In this document: in pieces, positions 19,947 through 30,357 of the stretch | Layout of the letters: each line of letters opens with the position of its first letter | Position numbering within the stretch: position 1 is the stretch's first letter | NCBI GenBank assembly: GCA_963748825.1 | Contig: CAVVKN010000009.1 | Location: forward strand, 96,001 to 160,000 | Source: Methanotrichaceae archaeon | GTDB lineage: Archaea; Halobacteriota; Methanosarcinia; Methanotrichales; Methanotrichaceae | DNA: 64,000 bases | Direction: 5' to 3' | Translations under genes and position numbers: made by a program | Notes under the pieces: generated by a model | Databases searched by the model: none | What the model was told of the DNA's origin: nothing | Seen by the model: only the letters and a program-made list of their open reading frames with translations

Positions 19947-21442
19947 CGTTTGCCCTCCAATAGAGCGGCATCCACTGCCTCCAATAGGCCTTTTCGCAGT
20001 CTCTCCCCCGTGATGCTCTTTAATTTGGCCAACTGCTGCGCGAGAGGCGCATCTGCAAGGCTAGTCGCAGCCCAGAGAGCCAGATCCCCCCGGCTATTAT
20101 GATATTGCAATGAGTCGAAAGAAACGGTTTTTAAAATATTCTGCAGACCGGCCAAGCTCCAGGCAACCTCTCCTGTGAACTGATCCGTGTCTGTGGCAAA
20201 ACGGAAAGGTGAATCGGCCAGATGAGTCTTCATCTTAAGACGGTAGTGCAGGTCACATAGAACGCTGAAGTAGGTAACGGAGGCATCATAAGGGATGCCA
20301 TATGGGCTGAAGTAGCTGTGCACCTCTCCCGGCCCCCCTCCGTGAGTGAAAATGTAATAGAGATGATCGGATAGCAGAAGCGTCCTCCAAATCTGCAGAA
20401 GCTCTGGGTCCCGGCTCTCTTTGACAGGGGCCTCTAGCCTCTTTTGGTAGATGAAGCAGGCCTGCTGCAAGGCATTTCCCAGCCAGCAGCTCGTATCCCT
20501 CTCCAGATCCGCCCAGGAGACATAATTTGGCACAGATAGCTCTCTTTTTGCAGGAGTGTCTCTCGCAATCTCGGCAGGCGTGGCAAATCGGAGGTTCTCA
20601 TGCCGTAAAACCTCTTCAGGCAGAACGCGCAGGAACTCAAAGATGCCAGTATCCGCCCACTGATGCTCGCCAAACGTCTCATAGTCGCAGAAGATGTTTA
20701 TGCACTGGCCGGGAGTTCTTGCCAGCCAGGTGGCATACTTGTCGGCGGTGAGTGGGTACTCTTCCCAGCTATGCGAGGAGAAGCGAAAGCCGATGTCGTC
20801 TGTGAGCTTGTAGTTTCTGAGCAGCAAAGAGATGTCGGTCTTGGGCGGCCGGTAAACGTAATTAGGGTCGGCCACCACGCCTTCGGTGAAGACGGCCTTG
20901 TATCCCATTCCCTCGACCATCCCAGCAATCTCATCATTGTAAATCAGTTCCGTATTCTCGAAGGTAGTGGGATGCAGTCCAAAAATGTCCCAGATAAGCT
21001 CCTTATGCATCTTAACCTGCTCAAAAAACTCAGCTTTATCCTCGTAGAGGCTGGCCAACGAGTGATAGTAGGTCTGCCCCATCACCTCCACCCCGCCCGT
21101 CTCCACCAGCTTGACAAAGGAGTCCAAAACCTCGGGACGATAGGTACGGCACTGCTCCAGGAAGATGCCGGAGAAGCTGTAAGCGACCTTGAAGGGACTG
21201 TCCGATCCCTCATGCTTTCTAATGCTCTCTAAGATCACCTCGTTGGCAGGCAGATAGCATTTGTCGGATACGCGCTCAAAGATCCTCCTATTCTCAGAAT
21301 CATCAAAATAAAACTCATGCAAATTGGGCACAACCTCCTTGAGGGGAGAATTGTCCCAGAAGAAATTTTTCTTGAGCCGGATGGGCTGGTGGACCTCAAA
21401 GCATAGGGATACAAGGGTCATGTTTTCTATATCCGACTGCAA
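19943..21442 (-). CDS. GH57 alpha-amylase with C-terminal accessory domain
   Basis: FEVHQP, TYYHSL, ENTELIY, DYETFGEHQ, SWAD-ERD motifs. Confidence 0.93.
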   Translation of the reverse strand: MQSDIENMTLVSLCFEVHQPIRLKKNFFWDNSPLKEVVPNLHEFYFDDSENRRIFERVSDKCYLPANEVILESIRKHEGSDSPFKVAYSFSGIFLEQCRTYRPEVLDSFVKLVETGGVEVMGQTYYHSLASLYEDKAEFFEQVKMHKELIWDIFGLHPTTFENTELIYNDEIAGMVEGMGYKAVFTEGVVADPNYVYRPPKTDISLLLRNYKLTDDIGFRFSSHSWEEYPLTADKYATWLARTPGQCINIFCDYETFGEHQWADTGIFEFLRVLPEEVLRHENLRFATPAEIARDTPAKRELSVPNYVSWADLERDTSCWLGNALQQACFIYQKRLEAPVKESRDPELLQIWRTLLLSDHLYYIFTHGGGPGEVHSYFSPYGIPYDASVTYFSVLCDLHYRLKMKTHLADSPFRFATDTDQFTGEVAWSLAGLQNILKTVSFDSLQYHNSRGDLALWAATSLADAPLAQQLAKLKSITGERLRKGLLEAVDAALLEGKR

Positions 21443-21545
21443 AATATTTACATCCTTCGCGCGGCCTTCTCAATTATCCTCAAATGAGCAAAAGGTATAA
21501 ATCCTAGAACGGAATTCTTAATTGCTTCCAGTGGGGGAATTAGTA

Positions 21546-21818
21546 ATGGTATTTGGACTGACAATGATCAAAGTTAGCTCCGGCCAGGAAAGATCGGTGT
21601 ATGCCCATCTGCAAAAAAGGCCGGAAGTAAGGGACGTCTATCGTCTCTTTGGAGAGTATAGCTTCTTTTTAGTTATGCAGGCAGAAGAAAGAAATGGATT
21701 AGGCCGTATGCTCAGCGAGATAAAAGCTAGAGAGAATGTCATAAAGACCGGGCCCGTCCTCCTCACCGCAGAAGAGGGCGGCCCGGAGATGGGCAGAACT
21801 GATTTCGCCACCTATTGA
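21546..21818 (+). CDS. Stand-alone Lrp/AsnC ligand-binding (RAM) domain protein
   Basis: VYRLFGEYSF motif; paralogue of 49922-50152. Confidence 0.8.
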   Translation: MVFGLTMIKVSSGQERSVYAHLQKRPEVRDVYRLFGEYSFFLVMQAEERNGLGRMLSEIKARENVIKTGPVLLTAEEGGPEMGRTDFATY

Positions 21819-21823
21819 AATCG

Positions 21824-22264
21824 TCACATCTCCCCAGTTTTCTCTTCTGAGCAGCTCGGCTCGATAAAAGGCGCAAACTTGGTGCCGTAGTAGATTATGC
21901 CCTTCTCACCCTCTTTTCCCAGGATGCGAAAAACGGGCCGAACGCGCATGCCTATCTTCACACCCGCCGAGCTGGAGACGATCTGACCGGTAATCTTGGG
22001 GCCCTCATCCAGTTGAATGATGGCCAGATTATAGGGCGTCAGCCTCTCGAAGTCCTCGGTGGCATTATAGATGGTAGTATAGGTGACGATGGTGCCCGTC
22101 CCCTTGAAGGTGTACTCCTCTAAATGCGCCCCGCGACGGCAGTTGGGGCAGAGGTTTCTGGGAGGGAAGAAGTATTCATTGCAGCAAGTGCAGTGTGTCC
22201 CGGAAAGATTGTATCTTTGCGGTATGCTTCTCCAGAATCTGGGCGCTTGGGTTGTCATCATCAC
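21824..22264 (-). CDS. DUF35 Zn-ribbon/OB-fold scaffold of the thiolase-HMGCS complex
   Basis: CxxC...FPPR..CPxC; IYYGTKF; third gene of the HMGCS-thiolase operon. Confidence 0.93.
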   Translation of the reverse strand: MMMTTQAPRFWRSIPQRYNLSGTHCTCCNEYFFPPRNLCPNCRRGAHLEEYTFKGTGTIVTYTTIYNATEDFERLTPYNLAIIQLDEGPKITGQIVSSSAGVKIGMRVRPVFRILGKEGEKGIIYYGTKFAPFIEPSCSEEKTGEM

Positions 22265-23424
22265 CTCGTAAATATGTGGACCAGGGCTGTTCCGCCTGAG
22301 CCGCCCACATTGTGGGCCAGGCCCACTTCCGCCTCATCCACCTGTCGCCTGCCGGCTTTTCCACGCAGTTGTAGGACGATCTCGTAGGCCTGCTTTATTC
22401 CTGTGGCACCCACGGGATGGCCGCAGGCCTTCAGCCCTCCGGAAGTGTTGACGGGCAGGCGCCCTCCCAGGGCCGTCAATCCATCTTCCGTAGCTTTGCC
22501 GCCCTGGCCCTTTTCCACGAATCCCAGGTCCTCTATGGCCAGTATCTCCGCGATAGTGAAGCAGTCATGCACCTCGGCTACGTCAACTTGGCGCGGCTCG
22601 ATTCCGGCCTGGGTGAAGGCGGCCCGCCCGGCATGGACGGTGGCATCCAAAGTGGTCAGATCGCGACGATCATGCAAGGCCAAAGTATCACTGGCCTGGG
22701 CACTGCCCACGATCTTTATGGGCTCTTCGGAAAATCTTCTCGCCATTTCCGTGGGGGCAAGCACCACAGCCGCCGCTCCATCGGAGATGGGAGAGCAGTC
22801 CAGGACATGCAGAGGGTCCGCCACCATGGGAGACTTAAGCACATCATCAATCGTTATCTCCATATGATACTGCGCGATGGGATTCATACAGGCATGGTGG
22901 TGATTTTTCACCGCTACCTGGGCCATCTGGTCGTGCGTTGTCCCATAGCGGCGCATGTGCAGCTTGGCCATCATGGCATAGAGCGCAGGGAAGGTGGCGC
23001 CAAAGAAGCACTCCCATTCCCGGTCGGCGGCTGATGCCAGTGCGTCGGCAGCGGTGCCGGTGGAGACATCGGTCATCTTCTCCACACCGGCCGCGATGAC
23101 AATATCGCTATAGCCACTGGCCACCGCCAGTACCGCCTGACGTAACGCCAGGCCCCCGGAGGCACAGGCCGCTTCCACGCGCGTGGAGGGTATGTGCAGA
23201 CGGGAGAGACCCGCGCAGTCGGCGATGAGCGCCCCGATGTGCTCCTGCTCGATGAACCGGCCGGCGCTCATGTTGCCCACGTAAAGAGCGTCGATCTGCT
23301 CGCCGGTGATTTCGGCATCTCCAATGGCCATCACACCGGCCTCAGCGATCATGTCGCGCAAAGAGACATCCCATCGCTCTCCGAACTTGGTGCAGCCCAC
23401 ACCAATTATGGATACGGATCTCAT
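22261..23424 (-). CDS. Acetoacetyl-CoA thiolase
   Basis: [27 protein letters not shown]. Confidence 0.95.
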   Translation of the reverse strand: MRSVSIIGVGCTKFGERWDVSLRDMIAEAGVMAIGDAEITGEQIDALYVGNMSAGRFIEQEHIGALIADCAGLSRLHIPSTRVEAACASGGLALRQAVLAVASGYSDIVIAAGVEKMTDVSTGTAADALASAADREWECFFGATFPALYAMMAKLHMRRYGTTHDQMAQVAVKNHHHACMNPIAQYHMEITIDDVLKSPMVADPLHVLDCSPISDGAAAVVLAPTEMARRFSEEPIKIVGSAQASDTLALHDRRDLTTLDATVHAGRAAFTQAGIEPRQVDVAEVHDCFTIAEILAIEDLGFVEKGQGGKATEDGLTALGGRLPVNTSGGLKACGHPVGATGIKQAYEIVLQLRGKAGRRQVDEAEVGLAHNVGGSGGTALVHIFTR

Positions 23425-24458
23425 ATTCTCAGCTTGCCCTTATGCTTGGCATACATGGCATAATCAAGATACTCGGCCTCGCCGATATAGTCGCGAACGC
23501 TAGGTGCGCCACAGCGGATCTCTTCAATCTTATCTTTCACGCTTATGCTGAAGGCGTCACTTCCGGCACCGGAGCCAAAGCTGGTCACAAAGATACGCTC
23601 ACCGGGCTTGGCGATGTCTAAAGTGGCAGCGAGACCGATGAGGCAGGATGCCGAGTAGGTGTTTCCGATGAGAGGCACAATCAAACCCGGCTCGATCTGC
23701 TTTTTGGAGAAGCCCAACATCTTGGCCACGCGCACGGGAAACTTACCATTGGGCTGGTGAAATACGGCATAATCATAATCCTCGGGCACGCTGCCCATAC
23801 GTTCCAGAAGGCCTCGCGCGGCGCCTGCCACATGCTTGAAATAGGCCGGCTCGCCCGTAAATCTTCCCCCGTGCTCCGGATAGGGCATGCCCTCTCGCCT
23901 CCAGAAGTCAGGGGTGTCGGAAGTGAAAGAATAAGTGCCCTCGATCTCTGCGGCCACGTCCCGGCTGCCTATTAGATACGCCGCTCCGCCAGCCGCAGCC
24001 GTATATTCCAGCATATCTCCCGGAGCGCCCTGGCTCACATCCGCGCCTATGGCCAGGCCCAGATCAATTAGATTGGAGCTGACAAGGCCCAGGCACGCCT
24101 GGAGGGCAGCAGTGCCCGCTTTGCAGGCAAACTCTAAGTCAGCAGCCGTAAAAGAGGATGAGGTGCATACGGCCTGGCCTACGATGGTGGCGGTAGGCTT
24201 CACGGCATAAGGATGGCTCTCCGAGCCGGCATAAATAGCACCTATCCTTTTCGGATCAATCCTCGCGCGCTGCAAGGCATTTCTTGCCGCCTCCACGGCT
24301 ATGGTAACCGTGTCCTCATCCAGATCGGGCACGGATTTCTCGAAGACGCGTAGACCCTCTGAGATCTCCTCTCCGTCCCCCCAAACCCTGGCAATCTCGT
24401 CCAGCCTTATGCGAAATCGCGGGATATAGACCCCATAACTTACAATACCAGAGACCAA
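23421..24458 (-). CDS. Hydroxymethylglutaryl-CoA synthase
   Basis: [37 protein letters not shown]. Confidence 0.96.
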   Translation of the reverse strand: MVSGIVSYGVYIPRFRIRLDEIARVWGDGEEISEGLRVFEKSVPDLDEDTVTIAVEAARNALQRARIDPKRIGAIYAGSESHPYAVKPTATIVGQAVCTSSSFTAADLEFACKAGTAALQACLGLVSSNLIDLGLAIGADVSQGAPGDMLEYTAAAGGAAYLIGSRDVAAEIEGTYSFTSDTPDFWRREGMPYPEHGGRFTGEPAYFKHVAGAARGLLERMGSVPEDYDYAVFHQPNGKFPVRVAKMLGFSKKQIEPGLIVPLIGNTYSASCLIGLAATLDIAKPGERIFVTSFGSGAGSDAFSISVKDKIEEIRCGAPSVRDYIGEAEYLDYAMYAKHKGKLRI

Positions 24459-24464
24459 GAGATT

Positions 24465-25184
24465 TCACCCTTTGCTCAGAGCAATGGAGATCTCATCAAC
24501 GGAAAAATGTGTCGTTAAAAGAGGAATATTCTCGACCTGTGCAATTTTAATGGCAATGGGACTGACCTCCGAAGGCATAAGCCCCTGCAAGACCACGGCG
24601 CCGGGCTTGAGGTTGCTGACCCGCACGGCCACCATGGGCGATTTGCCGGAATGAACGCCTGTGAATATCAGGGCGCGGGCTGTGCTGCGTCCGTAGATCT
24701 TCTGGAACTGGTCGGGAAGCATCTCAATGATGGCCTTCATGCTATCTATTACCGTATAGCCCCAGATAGTGATATCGGTGCGGCCGAAGATGACCTCGGC
24801 ATTCAGTTTTTCGACAATGGTAGCGAGGTGGATGGGATCCTGGTACTCGCAGACGCTGCAGATGGAGTCCAGGCCTAAAATGTCGCCCCACATGTTCTCG
24901 TAGGCGCGCAGAACATTGCAGCCGCGGCTCTCATCTATGCGCAGGAGCGCATCAATGATCTTGCTCACGATCATTATGCCGGGGGACTTGCGCCTGCCGC
25001 TCTCATAATCGGAGATCACTGAAGGAGACATGCCCATATGATTGGACAGGTCGGTCTGGGTTATTCCGAAGTTTCTGCGCCATTTCCTCAGGGTATCGCC
25101 TGGACTTTGGGAAAGGGTGATCTCTCCTGCTATCTTCTCAGCCAGTAATCCTCGTGCGTTGGAGATCTCCCCACCGGAATTCAT
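24465..25184 (-). CDS. XRE/HTH transcriptional regulator (COG1709-like)
   Basis: IAGEITLS..PG..LRKWR, SVISDYESGRRKSPG, G.SPMVAVRV; the longer ORF call runs into the tRNA, so ATG 25184 was chosen. Confidence 0.9.
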   Translation of the reverse strand: MNSGGEISNARGLLAEKIAGEITLSQSPGDTLRKWRRNFGITQTDLSNHMGMSPSVISDYESGRRKSPGIMIVSKIIDALLRIDESRGCNVLRAYENMWGDILGLDSICSVCEYQDPIHLATIVEKLNAEVIFGRTDITIWGYTVIDSMKAIIEMLPDQFQKIYGRSTARALIFTGVHSGKSPMVAVRVSNLKPGAVVLQGLMPSEVSPIAIKIAQVENIPLLTTHFSVDEISIALSKG

Positions 25185-25279
25185 AAAACAACAACTAGTC
25201 AAACTAGGATATAAATCTAGCGAAAATAATTCGGCATTCAACGTAAGAATACCCTCAATAAAATAGATCAAAAAAGGAG

Positions 25280-25376
25280 TGCGTCGACCGGGATTCGAAC
25301 CCGGGTTGTAGGCTTGCTTCGCAGATATCAAAATCTGCCTGGAAGGCCCAAGTCATAACCACTAGACCATCGACGC
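25280..25376 (-). tRNA. tRNA-Gly(TCC) with 25-nt intron (25315-25339)
   Basis: GCGTCGA/TCGACGC acceptor stem; TGGGC-CT-TCC-A|intron|A-GCCTA; CTTC/GAAG BHB helix. Confidence 0.93.
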
Positions 25377-25583
25377 CCGCCCCTTAGGTGGCAGAGGTTG
25401 AACTTAACTGTTTCGATTGAAAGACGGCAATTAGAGCTTCACATCCATCCTCATGAGGAGACATGCCAACATGTCAGATACTTGCCGCGAGATCAATTAA
25501 AAAACATACTTATTGGCCAGAATTTGGCCAACAACGGATCAAAAGCATCTAAGTCTATTCAGTGCGGAAAAAAATTTTGCGGC

Positions 25584-25670
25584 TTAAGCCCCAACAGTTA
25601 GACCGTATCCCAGCAAAAATACCATTGCCAGAACCAGAAGCATTACCCAATAGTGAAATACTCCATCCAT
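25584..25670 (-). CDS. Putative 28-aa single-TM micro-protein MDGVFHYWVMLLVLAMVFLLGYGLTVGA
   Basis: Hand-translated; AGGTGA RBS 7 nt before the ATG; T-run after the stop; below the ORF-track length cutoff. Confidence 0.6.
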   Translation of the reverse strand: MDGVFHYWVMLLVLAMVFLLGYGLTVGA

Positions 25671-25752
25671 TTTTCAATCACCTTTTTCCAAGCCAATTGC
25701 CTAACATATCTATACCAGCCCAGTGGCCAAATGGTATTATGGCTATTAAGCT

Positions 25753-25803
25753 ATTTACCTTTTTTGGTGATTTACCTTTTTTGGATATTTACCTTTTTAG
25801 GTT
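25753..25803. repeat. Three tandem 17-bp repeats ATTTACCTTTTT(T/A)GG-NN
   Basis: Copies start at 25753, 25770 and 25787. Confidence 0.85.
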
Positions 25804-26157
25804 TAAACCTATAATACCACTCACACTTTTCATTAAGTATTTTGAAAATACGAATCAATACATCAATAATTTAAATTAAAAATTCACTAATTAGTGCTGA
25901 AATCCCGATATAAAGAAATATGATCATTTTCCAATTGCTCGCAAAAATGCCCGTCATTGTATGTGATGCGAAATACTTGCCTTGGAACTACGTTTTGCAG
26001 AATTCAATTTAAAAGAAATTATTTTAATTAAATAATAAATATAGGATGTTTGCTACATTTGAGGTAGCGCATGTGATCTAATGAAATGATGCATCATATT
26101 AATAAGAGCATGAAATCATGCCATCAGATAACTTGATATATAGGTGAGACGGCGAGG

Positions 26158-26703
26158 ATGCAAGGCATGAATCTACTGATAACGGCCTTCTGGCTAATGC
26201 TGCCTGCCTATATACCCAATAACTGCGCAGCTCTCTTCGGAGGAGGCATGCCTCTGGACGGAGGCCGGATCTTCCACGACGGGCGGCGCACTCTGGGTGA
26301 CGGCAAGACCTTTCGTGGAACCTTCGCGGGAACTGTCTGCGGCGTTTTGGTAGGGCTCCTGCAAAACATGGTCGCTCCCTTTGTCGGCATGCCCTCCTTC
26401 GGCAGCGGCTACGAGCAAATATTCATTCTCCTTAGCCTATCCCTTGGGGCGATGCTGGGGGATATCGTTGCTGCGTTCTTCAAGCGCCGCATGGGTCTTC
26501 GGCGCGGTGCACCCCTTTTTATCATAGATCAGCTTGATTTTGTCATCGGAGCCTGGCTTCTGACCCTGTTCATAGCACCTGACTGGTTTTTTCAGCATTT
26601 CACTTCTGCGATAATATTAATTGCGCTCATAATAACTCCCATCCTGCACCGGGTTACAAATATCATAGGCTACAGGATGGGTGCGAAGAAAGAGCCCTGG
26701 TAA
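26158..26703 (+). CDS. carS: CDP-archaeol synthase
   Basis: LPAYIPN, GDGKT.RG, GD...AFFKRR.G, DQLDF, KKEPW. Confidence 0.93.
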   Translation: MQGMNLLITAFWLMLPAYIPNNCAALFGGGMPLDGGRIFHDGRRTLGDGKTFRGTFAGTVCGVLVGLLQNMVAPFVGMPSFGSGYEQIFILLSLSLGAMLGDIVAAFFKRRMGLRRGAPLFIIDQLDFVIGAWLLTLFIAPDWFFQHFTSAIILIALIITPILHRVTNIIGYRMGAKKEPW

Positions 26704-26735
26704 ACTCATAATCGCATTTTCCCTGTCGGCTATCG

Positions 26736-26750
26736 CGAAAGGTTTATAAG
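26736..26750 (+). promoter_or_regulatory. BRE-TATA promoter of the mtr operon
   Basis: CGAAAGGTTTATAAG about 90 nt upstream of mtrE; GGAGG RBS before the ATG. Confidence 0.7.
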
Positions 26751-26835
26751 TTTAGGTAATTGATACCAAGAGCGTCATAGCCAATTTTATCATGAAACAG
26801 CATGAAATTGGTGAAATGAAAAGGAGGAGGAATAA

Positions 26836-27741
26836 ATGGACGCATTTAGCATGGGGCTTATAGCTGCGATGGGCGCCCTTGCGACGGTTGCTGGTGCTTC
26901 TGAGGATATAGAATCCGATATAGGATCTCAGAGCAATCCCAACTCGCAAGTACAACTGGCCGCCCAGGTCGGCAACCCCCACAGGATTTATAATAAGGCC
27001 ATTTCGGGAGAACCCCCGGCCAACGCCCTGTGGTGTGCCACTGCTGCTATGGTAGCCTATACGCTTATTACTGCCTACCAGATGCCCGCACTGCTTGCCC
27101 TAGTGGCAGGCGCATCCGTTGCTGCTTTTTTCAACGGTGTCTTATCGATGAGCTCCTACTTTGGCAGGAATTCCAGCCAAGCTAGGTTCAACCAGTGGGT
27201 TTATCTGGATATCGTCAGGTATACCACGCCATCTATTATGGCGCATGCCTGGATAACATCGTTTTGTATTGCAACTATATCGTACATCATGGTATACATG
27301 TTGCCTACCCCACACCCGTTCCCGATGACAATTATTGCCTTGATTTGGGGATTGGCTGTTGGTGCTATCGGCTCATCCGTGGGCGATATCCACTATGGTG
27401 GTGAGCGCGAATTCCAGAACAGGCAGTTCGGTTGTGGTCTGAACACCATGCTGTCCGGCCAGATTGTAAGAAAGGCTGAGGCAGGTTTACGAAACTCCAT
27501 TGATAACGCCTGGTTCTGCACCAAGTTCGGCGGTCCCGCCACGGGAATGGGCTTTGGCCTGACGGTCTTTTTGGACAACTGGAGAACAACGGTATTCGAT
27601 CCGGTAACTCAGGCATCATTCGCCATCGCCATGGGACTGTTCTTTATCATAGTGATGGTAATCTATAACAACTACATTGAAAAGTCCACCAGGAAAAAGT
27701 ACGGACCATACCCAGAGTACAAGGGGGATATTGCAGCATGA
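26836..27741 (+). CDS. mtrE: Tetrahydromethanopterin S-methyltransferase subunit E
   Basis: EDIESDIGSQSNPNSQVQLA, KAISGEP, GD.HYG.ER. Confidence 0.97.
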   Translation: MDAFSMGLIAAMGALATVAGASEDIESDIGSQSNPNSQVQLAAQVGNPHRIYNKAISGEPPANALWCATAAMVAYTLITAYQMPALLALVAGASVAAFFNGVLSMSSYFGRNSSQARFNQWVYLDIVRYTTPSIMAHAWITSFCIATISYIMVYMLPTPHPFPMTIIALIWGLAVGAIGSSVGDIHYGGEREFQNRQFGCGLNTMLSGQIVRKAEAGLRNSIDNAWFCTKFGGPATGMGFGLTVFLDNWRTTVFDPVTQASFAIAMGLFFIIVMVIYNNYIEKSTRKKYGPYPEYKGDIAA

Positions 27742-28427
27742 ACTTTGACATTAATACCATTGTCTACATCCTGGAGATCGTCGTAGGTGGCCTCCTAGTA
27801 GGCATCGGTGTCCACTTTGTGCCGGTGGGTGGCGCCCCTGCCGCTATGGCTCAAGCTTCCGGTATCGGTACAGGCACAGTGCAGCTCGCTGCCGGCTCTG
27901 GCCTCACCGGTCTACTAGCCGCCGGCCTTATGATGTCAGTCACAGACAACCTCTGGCTCATCCTGGCCTCAGGAGCTGTAGGCGCAGGAATCATGATCGG
28001 CTCTACAATGCTCACAGGATCCTGGATCTACGCTTATGCAGTGGGTGTACCATTCGCTTCTGCCAAGGTCAACTTCGACCCCATAACCGGATTTTCCCAG
28101 CCGCCTTATGTGGCCCCGGGAACAGTTGGCCAGGGCATACCCACAGTCTGCTTTACCAGCGGCCTGATCGGCGGTATGATGGGGGGTCTTGGCGGCGCCA
28201 TGATCTACTATCCACTCTATCTGATCAACGGCAACGCCGCTTTGAGCGCCATGTTCGCCATTGGTATCTTCCTGGTGAACGCTGTGATTGCATCCTGGAA
28301 CATCCAGGGAACCATCGAGGGCTTCCACGACCCCAAGTTCAAAAAGTGGCCCTTCGCCTTCAAAGCCTGCGCCATTGCCAGCATTCTGCTCGCTTTAGCG
28401 TCAGTGTTGATCACGGGAGGTGCCTGA
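27738..28427 (+). CDS. mtrD: Mtr subunit D
   Basis: VHFVPVGGAPAAMAQ, GTIEGFHDPKFK. Confidence 0.97.
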   Translation: MNFDINTIVYILEIVVGGLLVGIGVHFVPVGGAPAAMAQASGIGTGTVQLAAGSGLTGLLAAGLMMSVTDNLWLILASGAVGAGIMIGSTMLTGSWIYAYAVGVPFASAKVNFDPITGFSQPPYVAPGTVGQGIPTVCFTSGLIGGMMGGLGGAMIYYPLYLINGNAALSAMFAIGIFLVNAVIASWNIQGTIEGFHDPKFKKWPFAFKACAIASILLALASVLITGGA

Positions 28428-28428
28428 A

Positions 28429-29256
28429 ATGTCTTTAGGAGGAGCAGCAGGCGGAGCACCGTCTGCATATGACCCCAAGAAGCTGAGAATGTACGGCCTG
28501 GTTGGGTCCGTCGTGGGTATATATATTGGCGCCATCCTCAACAGCGCGCTGGACACCAATTTATTCTCCTTTATAGGAGCTGTAGCTGCCATATTCGCAG
28601 TGGTAATGGGAGCCAACGCTGTTAGGAGAGTTTGTGCTTATGGTATAGGCACGGGAGTTCCGTCCATCGGCATGCTGGCTCTGGGCATGGGCATCATTGC
28701 CGTCATGTTCGGACTATCTATGGCTGAAACCTTAGGCTCAGTACTGCTCGGCCCCATCATAATCCTGATCTACGCCGGAGTCTTCGGTTATGTCATCGGC
28801 GTCATCGCCAATAAGGTCATCAAGTTCAACATTCCCGTAATGGAAGAGGGCAACGCCGACCTGTCCATGGCAGGAGCACTGGCCATATTGGGCTGGAGCT
28901 TTGCGGTATCCGGCTCTTTGGGCTATGTCGACATTTTGAATAACGTTCTTATGACTGGCTATATCGCCATCATATTCATCGCCGGCGGTCTCGCCATCCT
29001 GCATCCTTTCAACGCCAATCTCGGGCCGGATGAGAAACAGGATCGGACCCTGGTGAATGCGATCATGGTGAGCGGACTGGCCATGATTGCCACAGGAATT
29101 GCAGCTATAGCGACGCAGGGACTTGCGGCCGGACTATTGCAGCTTGTCATCGGCTTTGCCATATGGTTCTACTTCTTCAAGATGTTCTACCGTCTGGTCA
29201 AGAGAGATGCATCAGCAGTGGTCGGAACAGGACTTCTGCCGCCAACGGTGCAGTGA
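28429..29256 (+). CDS. mtrC: Mtr subunit C
   Basis: YGIGTGVPSIG, HPFNANLGPDE. Confidence 0.97.
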   Translation: MSLGGAAGGAPSAYDPKKLRMYGLVGSVVGIYIGAILNSALDTNLFSFIGAVAAIFAVVMGANAVRRVCAYGIGTGVPSIGMLALGMGIIAVMFGLSMAETLGSVLLGPIIILIYAGVFGYVIGVIANKVIKFNIPVMEEGNADLSMAGALAILGWSFAVSGSLGYVDILNNVLMTGYIAIIFIAGGLAILHPFNANLGPDEKQDRTLVNAIMVSGLAMIATGIAAIATQGLAAGLLQLVIGFAIWFYFFKMFYRLVKRDASAVVGTGLLPPTVQ

Positions 29257-29268
29257 GGAGGTCTAGAT

Positions 29269-29622
29269 ATGGGATTTGTTAGAGTTTCACCAGAACTGGG
29301 CCTGATCTTCGACCCCATGAAAGGAGTGGTTTCGGAGCAGAGGGCGGACGTAGTTCTGTACACTTTCGACCCGGTTTATGACAGATTGGATAAACTGGAC
29401 AAGATAGCTGATGACCTGGTCAACCAGCTTGCGCCGGACAGCGAGCTTCACTCGTCGTACGCCCACCGAGGTAAGGCCTCCTACATCGCTGGCCTGTACA
29501 CCAACATATGGATGGGGTTCATCATCGGCCTGGTAGTGTCCTTCGTGTTGCTGCTGGCTATGGCGTTTACCAATCCGGCAACCTTCGAGATCGTAAAGAA
29601 GGCACTCGGCGGAGGTGCTTAG
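29269..29622 (+). CDS. mtrB: Mtr subunit B
   Basis: SPELGLIFDP, DDLVNQLAP, C-terminal TM; operon position. Confidence 0.93.
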   Translation: MGFVRVSPELGLIFDPMKGVVSEQRADVVLYTFDPVYDRLDKLDKIADDLVNQLAPDSELHSSYAHRGKASYIAGLYTNIWMGFIIGLVVSFVLLLAMAFTNPATFEIVKKALGGGA

Positions 29623-29624
29623 GA

Positions 29625-30356
29625 ATGGTACTTAAAAAGAAGCCATCTGAGCCTTGGCCGACGATTACCGGCGAGTATGAAGTAGGCAATCCAGAGAGCC
29701 CCGTCGCAGTATGTACCTGCGGCTCACATCTTCACGGCGCCGATCTCATCAAGGCAGGCGCGGGTCTTGTAGGACCGTGCAAGACCGAGAACATCGGCAT
29801 AGAGAAGATGGTGGCCAACGTTATCGCCAATCCCAACATCAGATACGTATTGGTTACGGGAATGGAGGTCAAGGGGCATATCACCGGACAGGCCGTCGAG
29901 GCTTTTACCCAGAGCGGAATTGACAAGGAAGGAAGGATCATTGGTGCCAAGGGAGCCATTCCCTTCATCCAGAACCTGACTCCCGAGTCCATTGAGCGCT
30001 ATAAGAGCCAGGTACAGGCAGTCATGATGATGAACACCGAGGACATGGGGGCCATCACCGGCAAGATCAAAGAGCTGGTCTCCAAGGATCCCGGCGCTCT
30101 TGACGTCGAGCCCATGACCATCGAGATCAAAGAGGGCGACAAAGAAGAAGAGGGAGCCGGGCTTAAGCCCATGGCTGCAGAGATGGTTGAGGTAAGGGGG
30201 AGGATGCGCGGCATAAATACCGCTGTAACCGGCTCCGGTCTTCTCAACAAGCTGCAAGCAGGCATCTATGCCGGCAAGATCGAGGGCATAGCTCTCGGCA
30301 TGACTGTGGTCCTCGTCCTCTTCGGATTAATTCTCAAGGTGGCAGGAGGAAAGTAA
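29625..30356 (+). CDS. mtrA: Mtr subunit A (corrinoid protein)
   Basis: WP.I.GEY.VG, KTENIGIEK, EVKGHITGQ, GAIPFI; start re-set to ATG 29625. Confidence 0.97.
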   Translation: MVLKKKPSEPWPTITGEYEVGNPESPVAVCTCGSHLHGADLIKAGAGLVGPCKTENIGIEKMVANVIANPNIRYVLVTGMEVKGHITGQAVEAFTQSGIDKEGRIIGAKGAIPFIQNLTPESIERYKSQVQAVMMMNTEDMGAITGKIKELVSKDPGALDVEPMTIEIKEGDKEEEGAGLKPMAAEMVEVRGRMRGINTAVTGSGLLNKLQAGIYAGKIEGIALGMTVVLVLFGLILKVAGGK

Positions 30357-30357
30357 A

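Noticed and set aside
25753-25803. 17-bp repeats as a CRISPR array or replication origin
   Set aside because: No spacers, too short, no cas or cdc6/orc1 nearby, and no ORB-like G-string
25562-25879. 105-aa plus-strand ORF from the track
   Set aside because: Runs through the repeat array with low-complexity composition; the minus-strand micro-ORF has better signals
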